Part shown: piece after piece, positions 25,184 through 37,980 of the stretch | Position numbering within the stretch: the stretch's first letter is position 1 | Layout of the letters: every line of letters starts with the position of its first letter | From: Phyllobates terribilis | Lineage: Eukaryota | Reading direction: 5' to 3' | DNA length: 64,000 nt | Assembly: GCF_046119375.1 (NCBI RefSeq) | Contig: NW_027362771.1 | Coordinates: 585,094,001-585,158,000 of the forward strand | Notes under the pieces: model-generated | Told to the model about the DNA's origin: nothing | Database searches by the model: none | What the model saw: only the letters and a program-made list of their open reading frames with translations | Program-made: the position numbers and the translations under genes

Positions 25184-28100
25184 ATAGCCAAGCAAACAAC
25201 ATTTCCGCCTGAACTGCTGCTGTTCTCGGCAGACCGGCTCATCCTCTGGTCATACGTGCAGCTCCAAGCCTCTTAAAAAGGGGTTGTCCCATGAACAAAC
25301 TACTTAGTAATAAATTTCACCTTTTAGATGTGTTAAATAAAACCTCCTGTGCAGAGATTTTATAAATGCGCCCCTGTATGTACTGTGTAATGGCCATGTC
25401 TCACCATGCAGGGGCATAGTCTGAACTTTTATTCCAAAATCTATTGATTAAACTGTGCTTTGTCAGTAGGACAAATTCCTGCGCTTGTCTTCAGTTATTG
25501 TCTGAGGCTTCTTTAAAGACCCTCCTTTATCTCTCCTTTTCTGAGTCATTTCGTTCATCTGGTTCTTCAGCTTTTTTTGAAAACGATCTATTCCTGTTTT
25601 CTTACCCAGCTTGTCTCTATTTACCTTCTTTCTTTTTATTTCCACCAAATTTTGACCTTTTGTCATTACGTCATTGTAATATAATGTCCGGGGTTTGTCT
25701 AACTACACTTTGTTAGCCGTGGTTGACACAATTGAAGACTGAGGCTACTCCGGGGAAAGTGATTGGGAATTCCCTGCCGTTAAGCCCTCATCTCCATATG
25801 AGGGTAAAAGTATGAAAACCGGGGTGTGAAGATCTGAGGTTGTGGGTTGTAATAATCACCTAGAAAGGTTAACGATTCAATTACTTTTTTATTCCTTGCG
25901 TCCATGGTCTTACAAAAACTCTGGGTAGATGGCCAAAATACAATGTCCCCAGTCCACAAGATCCCACTGGGTAATTCCACTGTCTCACAGCTTTTGTATC
26001 TCCCGCCAGTATAGTCTGTAATCAGTCCATGCTCCTCCATATGACGCATACCACGACAGTAGCACACATATCCAGCTCCAGCCAGCAACAACAACCCCAT
26101 TCTCTTGTCAGTGTCCTAAATACCCAAGACGCCCCCTGGAATTGAGCCCGGCCCTCGGGAAACACTACCACCCCCCCCAAAGCTAACTGTGCATTGGTGG
26201 AGGTATTCTCCTGATGCCGAGCAGATCACCTGGGACTGCATGTGAGATCCCCAGTGGTGACAGCTCCACTGGGTCTACTATCCCCATCCACATAATGGGA
26301 CTAGTGGCTGGGAGAACAATGGCTTAATTGAGGCCCCTGAGACACTGATGAGAGTAATGGAATGATTGCTTTACCTTTACCAATCTCGTGTCTGGCCTTA
26401 TGTATACATAAGATCCAGTCCGCACGTCTTCCTCTGCTTACTGTCACTGAATGAAAACATTGATTACTGAGGCTGAACACTCTCCATTAGAGATTTGTGC
26501 ACCTTAAACTGACGAGCAAATAAATCTCTAATAAAACACGAGAATAAGATCGCCGTAACCAGTGCTCCGTGTTGGGAGAAGTCTGCATCCCTTAGAGCTG
26601 TGTATTCTGCTCTACGTTCATGGGTCCAATAAGTCTTTAGTCTGTGGTAAGCTTCTCAGATGTCTGCTCCTCTGTTTAACCCAACACCAGCTCCACATCA
26701 TCCCTGGTGGGCCTTGTGTCCCGCGAGAAAGTTGGTTTTCTTTTGGCAGATATGTTGGGAGATCCCCTCCCGTTGAGGTAAATACACTTAGTAGGTTCTA
26801 TCCTACGGTAGCTATAGTTCCTTGTATTTTAACATATAGTGGTGCGGTCCTCCCCTTTGGGCACCTTGTTTCCTCATCTTTCTACTGGCAAGTTAAAAAA
26901 AAAAAAGCCAAGTCTGGGTCCTGCTCTGCCCCCGTCTATTTTGAGGCCTCCTGGCACGTGGCAAGGTGATATACTAGAGTTGGGGTCTATCCCGATGGGT
27001 ACGACTTGTGGTGGTGGGATGGCTTTTATGATCAAAAAAACCTCCACATTCCAATTTCTTGATACACACACATCTGTTTCCATGCTTATATCCATCAAAC
27101 AGTAACTGTTTTCTCCAGGGGTGTACCTAGAAATAATGGGACCCCCACAGCAATTTCTTCACTGATGCCATGCCCCAACTTTGGACACTTTTTTTTCAGG
27201 TTGGCATCAGCAGCGCATGTCATTGTGGAGTATTTTCCACAATTTGGAAACCAATTAAAAAAATTAAATCCATTGACCTGAGATGCACAAAGAGGCTTGG
27301 GTTCAAGGAGGACAGCCAAAGAAAATCCGGTTGGGAGCCATGTGAAGAAGTAAAATTAAGTGTTAAGGTAGACCGGTGGCACGATTGTCTTTTTTTTCTT
27401 GAAGCCCAACCGTCCCACGCCAGAGAGGTGTTTTGGTGTAAGGTCAAAAAAAATTACCGAGCAAGTACTTAGGGGTTTTGTCACTTTTGCAAAGTTAAGA
27501 ATCGCCCAGTGATCGGCTATCCATTTGTGTACTGGGCAGCAGAAAGAAAATGATGATCTTGTAAGTTGCAGTTGGGGCTGGAAGGAAAGATGGTCAGAAT
27601 TCAGTGAGGCCAGAAGTGGGCACAACTAGTAAGACGGGTGAATATGCGGCAGCTGCCAGTGATATCCCAGGCTTCTGATGTGTAGGGCATAATCTGACCA
27701 TCAAAGTTTACTTGATGGAAGCAATGTCCTGGATTTAAAGGGTTATTCCTAACTTTGAAAGTTATTACCTACCCAAAGGATAGGTGATGACTTTCTGATC
27801 GAATGCTGGGACCTTTCCAATATATACTTAGAGGCCATGCCAAGCATGCCCCAGGCTTTGTGGTGGGCTTGGTCATCAGTGGGTGGACACAGGTCCCCAT
27901 ATTGGTTGGGCTTAGGTAGTCACAAAAGTTGGTCTAGCCCTGTTTGGTGTGCACCTCGCCAGCAAGGACCGTGAGCCGACGTGCCCATTTCACAATTGCT
28001 CCCTCACTGGTTTTTATGTTTTTTTGACACACATTGTGCCATGTCGGCTCTGTCGTTTGTGTTAATTGTGTGTTGGGGACTCGGGTGGGGTATAACATGT

Positions 28101-28881
28101 GTGCACCTTATGTGTGCGCCAAGATTTGTAGAAACTTTTGCATAGAGATAATTATTGCTCTGCAGCTAACAGCCTGAGGGGGAGGTGGGGAAATCTAGGA
28201 CAAGTCTTGAGGATGACAAGTGGGAGGAGGGGGTTTCATTTCAGAACTAATTGTCCCACATCACTGGCCACAGATCACATTGGAGAGAGACCCAAGACAG
28301 CTGCTGCGCCGGAGAAGGTCTGTACCCAAGAGTGTATAACGACTATATCATGCAGAATAGGCTTAGATACACAGGATAGTACATGATGGGCTTAGATGCA
28401 GCACATTTGTGCAGATATCTGTAGATGTCATTAGTCCTGATCTTAGACCTAACCTCAGTTTATGAGATGTATGGGGTGCAATGTTGTGGTTTGGAGGAGA
28501 TGACGGAACAGGAAAGGAAAAGGGAGGGGGGGAAAGCGAAATAGCCAAACTGAGCCACTGGTGACAAGGTAGGACACTGGAGAGTGACAGGGGGAGACCA
28601 ATCATGTGATATGTGCCGTATCACCGGGGCTGGGCCGTTTATGACAAAAGCCAAGCAATGAGAAGGTGACGGCTTCTGTAACGGCTCCTGGGACCTGACG
28701 TCTGCATGTCCTACATACAGCACTGCATACTGTGTGCACCAGGGTAGGGCTCTGCCGCTCGCAGTCTGAGGGGAGGGTGGGGGATCTAGCACAAGTATTG
28801 AGGATGGTGAGGGACAAGTTAGGGGGTTATTTCAGACCGCAGATAACACTTTTTAGCTTGTAGGAGGTCTTCAGCCATGTA

Positions 28882-29640
28882 CAGTGCCTTGAAAAAGTAT
28901 TCATACCCGGTGAACTTCTCCACATTTTTTTCATGTTACAACCACAAACTTAAATGTATTTTATGGGGATTTTATGTGATATACCAACACAAAGTTGCAA
29001 GTATTTGTGAAGTGGAAAGGACATTATTACATGGTTTTCTAATTGTTTCTAAAACATAAATTTAAAAATTGTGAGGTGCATTTGTATTCCGACTCCAGGT
29101 CAATACTTTGTACGACCAACTTTTGTTGCAATTACTGCTGCAGTGTTTTGGGGTCTGTCTCTATCAGCTTTGCACACCTAGAGATGACATTTTTGCCCCT
29201 TCTTCTTTGCACACTCGCTCTCGCTCAGTGAGATTGGATGGAGACGTCTGTGATCAGCAATTTTCAAGTCTTACCACAGATTCTCAATGGGATTTGAGTC
29301 TGGACAGTGACAGGGCCGTTCACATACAGGGATATGTTTTGATCTAAACCCTCCATTGTAGCTCTGGCAGGATGTTTAGGGTCATTGTCCTGCAGGAAGG
29401 TGAACATACGCCCCAGTCTCAAGCCTTTTGCAGCCTCTCACAGGTTTTCTTCCAGCATTGTCCTGTATTTAGCTTCATCCATCTTCTCATCATCTCTGAC
29501 CAGCTTCCCTGCCTCTGCTGAAGAAAAGTCTCCCCACAGCAGGATGCTGCCACCACCATGTTTGATAGTGGGGATGGTTTCAAAAATGGTTTTCTTCTAG
29601 CCACTCTTCCATGAAGGCTAGATTTGTGGAGTGTACAACT
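28882..29640 (-). mobile_element. Degraded Tc1 transposon fragment
   Basis: TA + CAGTGCCTTGAAAAAGTATTCATACCC terminal repeat; decayed transposase (frameshifted TIKHGGGS-type region). Confidence 0.85.
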
Positions 29641-30309
29641 GAGGCTACATACACATGTTCAGTATTTGGTCAGTATTTTATATCCGTATTTGTAAGCCAA
29701 AACCAGGAGATAGTGAAAAATGCAGAAGTGGTGAGTGACGTGTTTATGTTAAACCACCATTTATTGTGTATGGAGGTGAACAGACTCTCTCCCCTGACAG
29801 TAGATGTCAGTGGAGAGAAGGATGGGGCATGTTGGATATCAACATGTCCAGTTATGTTGTACTCAAGCCATCACTGGAGGGATCTGATAGCTGCTTACTC
29901 CCCTCTCCCCATTGAGTGTGTCACACAGAATAGACTTCTGTACAGGGCAAAATCAGGCAGTGTCCCATGTGGGTTAATGGACAATCCCTTGCGATAGTAA
30001 TGGCTCACCCCCTTCCCCCACCCCCCAGCTTTCCGCTGAAATTTGCAGGCAATCTTTCATCCCACAGTGTATAAATGGCCACAAATATATGTTTGCACTT
30101 GTATATTATTAGCCCACTTGTGTTTGGGATTACTTTAGTGGCCATAAAGTTCATGACAGACCCCCTAAAAAAAATGTTGGCAATTCTTTTATAAACTTTT
30201 TTTTTTAAATTAAAGACCAGGAGAAAGATGCGGTTATTTACCAGCCAGCTCTTCTGCCAAACGCCTGCAAATTTCTGTTCCGAATGTTCCCTTCTGTCCG
30301 GGAACTTTT

Positions 30310-30665
30310 TAAAGGGGTTGTCCCTTTTCAACCATCTTTAGTGATTGTAAAAATAAAACTTGCACTGTCCTTGCTCTCCCAGGTTCAGCGTTGCCTCCTA
30401 CACTGCCCTGGTCTTTGGCTGCAGTGCCGTCGACATTACGTCACCACTGCTGCCGATCATCAAGCAGTGAGCTTAACCACTTGATTGGTCTACATTGGAA
30501 TATGGCTCAGTGATTAGCTGCAGTGCTGTTGATATGTAGTCACCACTGTTAATCACCAAAGACTGGAGCATTGGAGGATCCCAGGAGGCTGAGAAAAGGG
30601 CAGGTTTTTTTTTTTTTACATATCTTAAAGCCTGCGGGATAAATATAGTTGAATGAGTATAAACC
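30310..30665. mobile_element. T2-type MITE
   Basis: ttaaaggggttgtccc start, aaacccttcaa end, palindromic interior. Confidence 0.55.
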
Positions 30666-31891
30666 CTTCAAGGCTGGAGGATCAGGAATAGATTATTGTG
30701 ACATTTGTCATCATTACAGCTCTCAGTAAATGCTTCCGATGTGACTAGATTAGCATTCTGCGCTAAAGACGAGTCTTGCCTATAAGCTTTATGGGTCGCT
30801 CCGCGGTTTTCAAACACTCCCGTGAAAAAGTTGCTTGTCTGTGACTTCTGGATAAGTTCTAGAAAGAGAAATAATCAGGCTGAGTTATGATATATATCAT
30901 CCCCCCGGGCCTGTCTCTTGTCATACCACTGACTGTGTGCAATGCAAATTGCCTCACACCTTCGTCTTCCTCCTGCTGCAGATCTGGTATTCCTCATATG
31001 ACACATCTGTCTAATCACCAGAGCTGTGGTAGCCAGGGTACGTCTCAAGCTGTCAGAGTTTGCATTGGAGCTCTTTAAAGGGTTTGTCCAGTGAAGAAAA
31101 GCTATTGCTTTTCCATGGGATCGATGATGGCTTATAAATCGGTGGAAGTCCAACTGCTGGGACCTGCACTGCTCACCAATATGGGGAATTGTTATCCCCG
31201 TTAGAATGGGGCTGCAGGGCGCAAGTGCGACCACCGATCCATTCATTCCTCATGGGGCGGCCAAGTGCTGCGCTCGGCTCTTTCTGGCTGCTCCATAGAG
31301 TACTAGAGTGGCGTCCTTGCGATCTGCCGCCATGGCGGATACAGGATCTTCTTACCGGGGCCAGTAGTGAGCCTGGTATCCATGTGTGGATTCCAATCTT
31401 TGGCAGGTGAAATCACTTGCTGAAAGTACAAAAAATGAAAAAATACCTACACGTTTCGAAAGATACACTTCTTCCTTCATCAGGGTTACTGCCTTACCAA
31501 CTTCACTCACCTTTCATTTGTTCAATAAGTACTGGTTTATTAATGAGAACAAGTCACTTATTCAGATGATGAAAGGATTCTGGTGATGTAAAGATGTGGA
31601 GGGGTTAATGTCACCAACGTTGGGGGTCTAGGGTTGTGCCTCCTTTATTGGTGCAGCTTTTGTTTGTGTAGTGGGGTCTGTATTTATGTGGTTGGAGGGG
31701 GGGGTTGGTCTGTATTAGTTTAATATCTGTATTTAGAGAGTCTGTATTCATTTTGAAGATTTGTCTTATTTTAATTCTGGTCCTGAATTGATTAAGCAGG
31801 GGGTGGTGTCCTGTAGTGGACACCCCCTTTAAAGTGCTACCTGTTTTTATAGGACAGGTCTCAGGTAGTCGATATGACAATCATTAAAGCT

Positions 31892-32116
31892 GGTTTCTCA
31901 TCAGTGTTCGGAAATTGTCCAAAATGCAAATGTGAACCCCACCCTAACAGACCCCAAAAAATTATAGATCCCAGACGAGGTCCCCTAAACTAATGCAAGT
32001 GTCTGGATTATTTTCAATATTAGTTTAGGGGGTCTGATATCTATATTTTTTGAGTGTGGTAGGGTGGGATTCACATTTGCATTTTGAACAATTCCTTAAC
32101 ACTGATGTGAACCCAT
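31892..32116. mobile_element. MITE with ~55-bp terminal inverted repeats
   Basis: tggtttctcatcagtgttcggaaattgtccaaaatgcaaatgtgaaccccaccct vs agggtgggattcacatttgcattttgaacaattccttaacactgatgtgaaccca. Confidence 0.75.
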
Positions 32117-32173
32117 CTGTGATTGTCACGTGGACTATCTGGGACCTGTCCTATAAAAATGGGAATCATTTTT

Positions 32174-32562
32174 TAAAGGGGTTGTCCACTACAGGACATC
32201 CCCAGCTTAATCAATTCAGGACCCAAAATAAAAACAATCTATACTCTCCTCCCACAGCCGCACTGTTCCAGCGATGTCTGCGCTGCTGTTCCTGGAGAGT
32301 GATGACTTGTTGGGTCACGTGCCGGCTGCGGCCAGTGATTGGCCACTCATCAGCTGCAGCCTTTACTATTTGATTACAGCGAACATCCTGACAAGTGGTC
32401 ACTTATTGGCTGCAGCTGTCACGTGACCCAACAAGTCGTCACTCTCCAGGAACATTGACCCCCGACATCGCGGGAGCGGTGCTGCCATCAGAGGAGAGTG
32501 TAGCTTGGTAGGATCTTGAATTGAGGAAGCAGAGGGTATCCAGTAGTGGACAACCCTTGTAA
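32174..32562. mobile_element. T2-type MITE
   Basis: ttaaaggggttgtccactac ... gtagtggacaacccttgtaa inverted ends; internal inverted ctggagagtgatgacttgttgggtcacgtg / cacgtgacccaacaagtcgtcactctccag. Confidence 0.8.
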
Positions 32563-32993
32563 TAAAACACTTCTGAGTCTTGATGGTGACACTTTTTACA
32601 AATTTGGCAAATATAGTGTAAGGGTCATAGCCTTGACCCTTCAAGAATGTTCTCATGAGAATTGTCAATGCAGCAAGTAATAACCAGTTTTTACTGTTTA
32701 TGCTGCGAGCAAATAAGGGAGTGGTCGGACGTCTGACATTCTGCACAATGTGCACTGACTTCATGGTCTGTCTAAGGTATTGGTGCACAACAGGGGGCCC
32801 CCCTCGATCTTTCCTATCTATATTGGTGGCCTCTCTTTTTATACCCCACATTGACAAAAAAAAACCTGCAGTAAAATCTGTGGTTAGCTTGTCATGGCCC
32901 ATAGCTACCCACACCATGGTGGTGGCCCTGAAGTGCCGCACATCTTGCTGCAAAATGTAATGTAGGCTCGTCCATCTCCCCTACATTACAACC

Positions 32994-33575
32994 TTATTAT
33001 TATTAACTGCATTCAGCTCGATCTCAAGCCATGGGGACTTGATGGATGAACGACCTGTAGGAAGATAGATCTTGTATGAGCCTAGATAGGTCCACCAGGG
33101 TCTTCTCCGCCGTTATCTTGATTGTATCAAACCATCGGGTTGCTGGTCTTCCTCTTCAACTTGTTCTTTCTATTCTTCCGACCATGATGTCCTTCTCCAG
33201 TGATTGCTCTCTTCGTATCATGTGTCCAAAGTAGGCAAGTTGTAGCTTGATGCTCGTTTCCAGTGACACGTCCGGCTTGACTTGTTCTAAAATTGATTTG
33301 TTTGTTCTTCTTGCCATGCATGGTACTGATAACATCCATCTCCAGCACCACATTTCAAAGGCACTTGCTCTTCTCTCTTGTTTATCGTCCAGGTTTCGCA
33401 TCCATATGTTAGTGCAGTAGTACAAACCTCTATCGCGTCCTGCAGGCTGAAGTGGGAAATGCATCTTATACCTTCTGTACGATTCATCACATTCAATGCC
33501 CACCAGTCTACCAACAGCCACCATGGCACTCTTCAATGCCAAGCTAACTTTCCTCTCCACCATCTTGGATGATGC
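32994..33575 (-). mobile_element. RTE-clade (BovB-like) LINE 3' fragment
   Basis: AFEMWCWRWMLSVPCMARRTNKSILEQVKPDVSLE...LAYFGHMIRREQSLEKDIMVGRIE is the RTE ORF C-terminus; (TAA)n tail at 32994-33005. Confidence 0.88.
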
Positions 33576-34204
33576 AGCACCCCTCCCGTCTCATTTGTAT
33601 AATTTCTGACCACCCCAATTTAACCTCCGGTCACTTTCCAAAGAAAAACCAACATAAATCTGGAAGCTCGACTATTAATTCCAGACTTCTGCATGCCCTT
33701 CTGTGACCCTTACTATATCTGGTCAGTTTCCGACTTTGTCAACCCTTTCTTAGCCATCTCATCTAATCAATCCTAAATGCCCCCTCAAACATCAGTTCAG
33801 ATACCAGTGCTGCAAAAATATTAAAAGCCTAAGAATGTGACTTTCTTCAATTGGGGGCAAAAAAAGTGCACAAGGATGTGGTGCATGGGGGATCGCAAGC
33901 CTCTAACAAACCTTTTTGTAACCTTTCCGAACCAGAACGCCACAGCAAATGGTCAAGGATCTGTGGTCTTCATCTGCTGAAGTGTAGGGACGGCCCTTTT
34001 CGCTCCTGGGTCCCTCTTGCTCTGCCACCATAGTGTCCACCCAGAGACTCAACTGAGGCTACCTTTCTCCCCCTCTGTGAAGGGAACAAGAGTTTGCAGG
34101 GGGGGCTGAGGACCCTGATCATCGCCCCTTTCCTTTTCTCAATGTAATGAATTAAATTGATTCCTTTCTTTCATTTTGCCCTTCATCCCCTGCCCCATAT
34201 AAGT

Positions 34205-36410
34205 CCATTAGTGACTAGTAATTGCTGACTAGTCCTGCACATCTGCTTCAAGGAATTTTAGCCCATTCCTCCCTACAGATCAGCTTCATCTGATATATTG
34301 ATGGGGTTTCTCCATGAACTGCTCAATTCAGCGCTGGCTGACTCAGACAGAAGAGGGCCACTGTGCAAGAACAATATTTGGGCCCTTTGCAGTCCAATAG
34401 TTTATCATAATGCACAATTCAACCTGCTTTGGAAGTAGTTTTGCTCATTTTTACCTCATGGGCCCCTGGTTGCACCAATGATATGTCCGCCCCTGAGGCT
34501 TAGGTCCTTCAACAGCATTTCCATAGGATTAAGGTGCTGACTGTGACTCTGCCATTCCAAAACATTTTTGTCATTTTATTATTCTCATTCTTTTGTAAAA
34601 TGCCTTGTGGCTCTGGGTCGTTGTCTTGCTGCAGGATCCTCGTTCTCTTCAGATTCGGCTCATGGACAGATGTCCTGAGATTTTCCTTTAGAATTTGCTG
34701 GTATAATTCAGAATTCATTGTTCCATAGGTGATGACAGCCATTCTAGCCCAGATGCAGCACAGGCTCAAACCGTAATACTACCGCCACAACGTGTCACAA
34801 ATGATACGAGGTTTTTATGCCGTCATGCAGTGTTTTTCTTTCTCCATATATCATTTAAACCTCAAAAAACTCTCTTTTGGTCTCATCTGTCCCAGTTGCC
34901 TTCTGGTTTGTCCAGGTGATCTTTTACCAACTGTAGGTGGGCAGTGATGTTCTTTTAGGAGATCAGTGGCTTTCTCCTTGCCGTCCTGTCATGTACACCA
35001 TTGTTATTCAGTGTCCTCCTCATGGTAGATTCATGAACATTCACTAATGTGAGAAAAGCCTTTAGTTGCTTAGAAGTTACCTTGGGTTCCTTTGTGACCT
35101 TGCAGACTATTACATGCCTTACTTGGGTGATCTTTGTGGGTTCACCCCTCCTGGGGAGGGTAATAATGGTCTTGAATTTCCTCCATTTGTACACATCTGT
35201 CAGACTGTGGTGTGCATTAGTCCTAACTCTTTAGAGACGGTTCTGTAACCTTTTCCATTCCTCAGAAACCTCCTTAGTTCGTCCCATGATGCACTTCTAC
35301 ACCCATGTAGTGTGAAGATCAGATTTTGGCTGTGGGCCCACGATGCGTTTTTTTAAGCGTTTCCGCAGCGGCAAAAACGCTGCAGAAACGCTTAAAAAAT
35401 GCATAGTAGAAGGCCTGCCATGTCCCCCAATGATAATCCGCATGTGCTGTGCAAATGCTGCGGAAATTTCCGCTGCGGATTATCATTGCGGAAAAAAACG
35501 CAGCACTACCAATTATTTTGCGGAAGCGCTGCTTTTTCGCCGCCATTGACTTGCATTAGAACGCGCCAATTCCGCAAGACTGCATCTGTACTTGCAGAAT
35601 TGGCGCGTTCTAATGTGCGGATGGTACCCGGGTGTAGAGGAGAGGAGAGTCTCATCCACACCCAGGTACCATTAAAAAAGCTGTAAAAAGAGAATAAAAT
35701 AATAAAATAAATGTATACTCACCTTCTGGCGGCCCGCGCTGCGCTCCTCCTTGCTTCCCGGCACTTCGCGATGGAATGAAGGACCTGCGCTGACGTCAGT
35801 CATGTGATGGGTCACGCGACGCTGACGTCAGCAGGTCCTTCAGTGTACCGCTGCCGGCAGCCAGGACCGAGCGAAGCAAAACAGCGCGGGCCATTGGAGG
35901 GTAAGTATATATTTATTTTTTTACATTCTTTCGGGTCACACTATATAAATCCATGCCGGTTGCATGGATTTATATAGTGTGACCAAGTTGTCAAGCACTT
36001 TCCAAGTGATGCTAAAATCGCTTGTCAACCCGCATGCAGAAATGCAAGTGAAGAACGCTTCACATCCGCTTGTCCCTGGCAGGAAAAACGCATGTACAAT
36101 CCGCATTTCTGCATCGTGGGCACATAGCCTTTAGTGGATTCCTGGTGCTAATAGTGAAAGCAATGCTTGTGTTTTGGTTTCAGTCACGTTTTCTGCTAAT
36201 GCTAAGGGTTCACATACTTTTGCCACTCACAGACGTGATACTGGATCACTTTCCTGATTTTAAAGGATCACATACTCTAATATTAGTGACTCATCAGTTG
36301 TATTTTGTTCTTTCTTTGCTTTTAGGACTTGTGTGAAAATCTTTTAGGTCAGATTTATGCAGAAATATGGAAAATTCTCAGGGGTTCACAAACTTTCAAG
36401 CTCCAGTGTA
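34205..36410 (-). mobile_element. Degraded Tc1 transposon interrupted by a MITE
   Basis: KWRKFKTIITLPRRGEPTKI...ARRKPL and MNSELYQQILKENL...QQDNDP fragments; terminal aactttcaagctccagtg + TA at ~36410. Confidence 0.85.
35328..36129. mobile_element. ~800-bp palindromic MITE nested in the Tc1
   Basis: TIR ggctgtgggcccacgatgc / gcatcgtgggcacatagcc; multiple internal inverted repeats. Confidence 0.85.
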
Positions 36411-36619
36411 ATTAACCATTGCAATTGCTGCGGGTTGTAACATCCACAGCGTCCAGATCTACCCTGTCAGGCTTATGGCTCCTCATAGCAACCACGTGGG
36501 GGCAGTCATGGGCTGATGTGTCTGTAATGGCGGATGTGACTCTCCATAGGGATCATGTGGCTCCCTGTGCCATGTGGGGTAAGAGCTGCAGCCGGCATGA
36601 AGCACCGGCAGGATGTGCT

Positions 36620-36960
36620 GCTCCTTACTGCCGGCACCTGGACCCTGCACCCCGCTCTGGGTCCGTGTGTACAGGGCAGAGGTGCAGCAGGAAGCCGCGC
36701 CGTACGGCAGTCACACTGCGGCATCGCAACTCGGTTACCCGGCAACGTGCTTTACCCGAGTAAACAAGCCGGAAACCAGGAAAACCACGCCCCTTGTGTT
36801 ACCCGGCCGGTACAGGGCGTGGTCAGCTGGTCTTCTCCAATCTTACAGCAGAGGTCGCTTTCTAGCTCCGCCCAGTGCCCCGCGGGTCCTCGGCGGTTTC
36901 CGTACAGGGGAGGGAGACATGTGAGCCGGCTCAGTGCGATGGACGTAGGTGGTGTGTGTG
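36620..36960. promoter_or_regulatory. CpG-rich, probably bidirectional DHPS promoter
   Basis: X-box-like GTTACCCGGCAAC 36734-36746, GC boxes (ccacgcccc, gggcgtgg, ctccgccc), CCAAT ~36837; + strand donor candidates near 36921 and 36945; - strand donor at 36628. Confidence 0.6.
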
Positions 36961-37980
36961 TATATATACTGTGTGTGTATTGTGTGATTTGATGTGTATA
37001 TACTGTAGACGTGTGTGATGGGGTATATACTGTATGTGTGATGTGTGTATACATACTGTGTGATGAGTATATATACTCTATACATGTATATGTGATGGGT
37101 ATATACTGTATACGTGTGGTGTGTATATATTGCATGTTTGGTGGGTATATACTGTATACGTGTGTGATGCGTATATACTGTATGTGTGATGGGTATATAC
37201 TGTATACATGTGTGATGGGTGTATACGTGTGTGATGGGTATATACTGTATATGTGTGTGATGGGTGTATACGTGTGTGATGGGTATATACTGTATACGTG
37301 TGTGATGGGTATATACTGTATATGTGTGTGATGGGTGTATACGTGTGTGATGGGTATATACTGTATACGTGTGTGATGGGTATATACTGTATGTGTGATG
37401 GGTATATACTGTATACGTGTGTGATGGGTATATACTGTATACGTGTGTGATGGGTGTATACGTGTGTGATGGGTATATACTGTATACGTGTGTGATGGGT
37501 ATATACTGTATACGTGTGTGATGGGTATATACTGTATACGTGTGTGATGGGTATATACTGTATGTGTGATGTGTATGTACTGTATACTTGTGATGTGTGT
37601 ATATATTGCATATTTGGTGGGTATATACTGTATACGTGTGTGATGGGTATATACTGTATACGTGTGTGATGGGTATATACTGTATGTGTGATGGGTATAT
37701 ACTGTATACGTGTGTGATGGGTATATACTGTATACGTGTGTGATGGGTGTATACGTGTGTGATGGGTATATACTGTATACGTGTGTGATGGGTGTATACC
37801 TGTGTGATGGGTATATACTGTATACGTGTGTGATGGGTATATACTGTATACGTGTGTGATGGGTATATACTCTATACATGTGTGATGGGTATATACTGTA
37901 TGTGTGATGTATATACTGTATGTGTGATGGGTATATACTGTATGTGTGGTGGGTTATATACTGTATACGTGTGATGTGTT
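36950..37980. repeat. 26-bp TA/TG-rich minisatellite GATGGGTATATACTGTATACGTGTGT
   Basis: Direct; lies in the putative DHPS 5'UTR intron. Confidence 0.96.

Noticed and set aside
28180-28850. Two related ~75-bp segments at ~28180 and ~28765
   Set aside because: Diverged short direct repeats, most simply ends of a common non-autonomous repeat; nothing coding recognised between them
31555-31590. QNPFII on the minus strand as a G-gamma NPF motif
   Set aside because: Followed by an immediate stop, no CaaX, and no upstream DPL or helix motif
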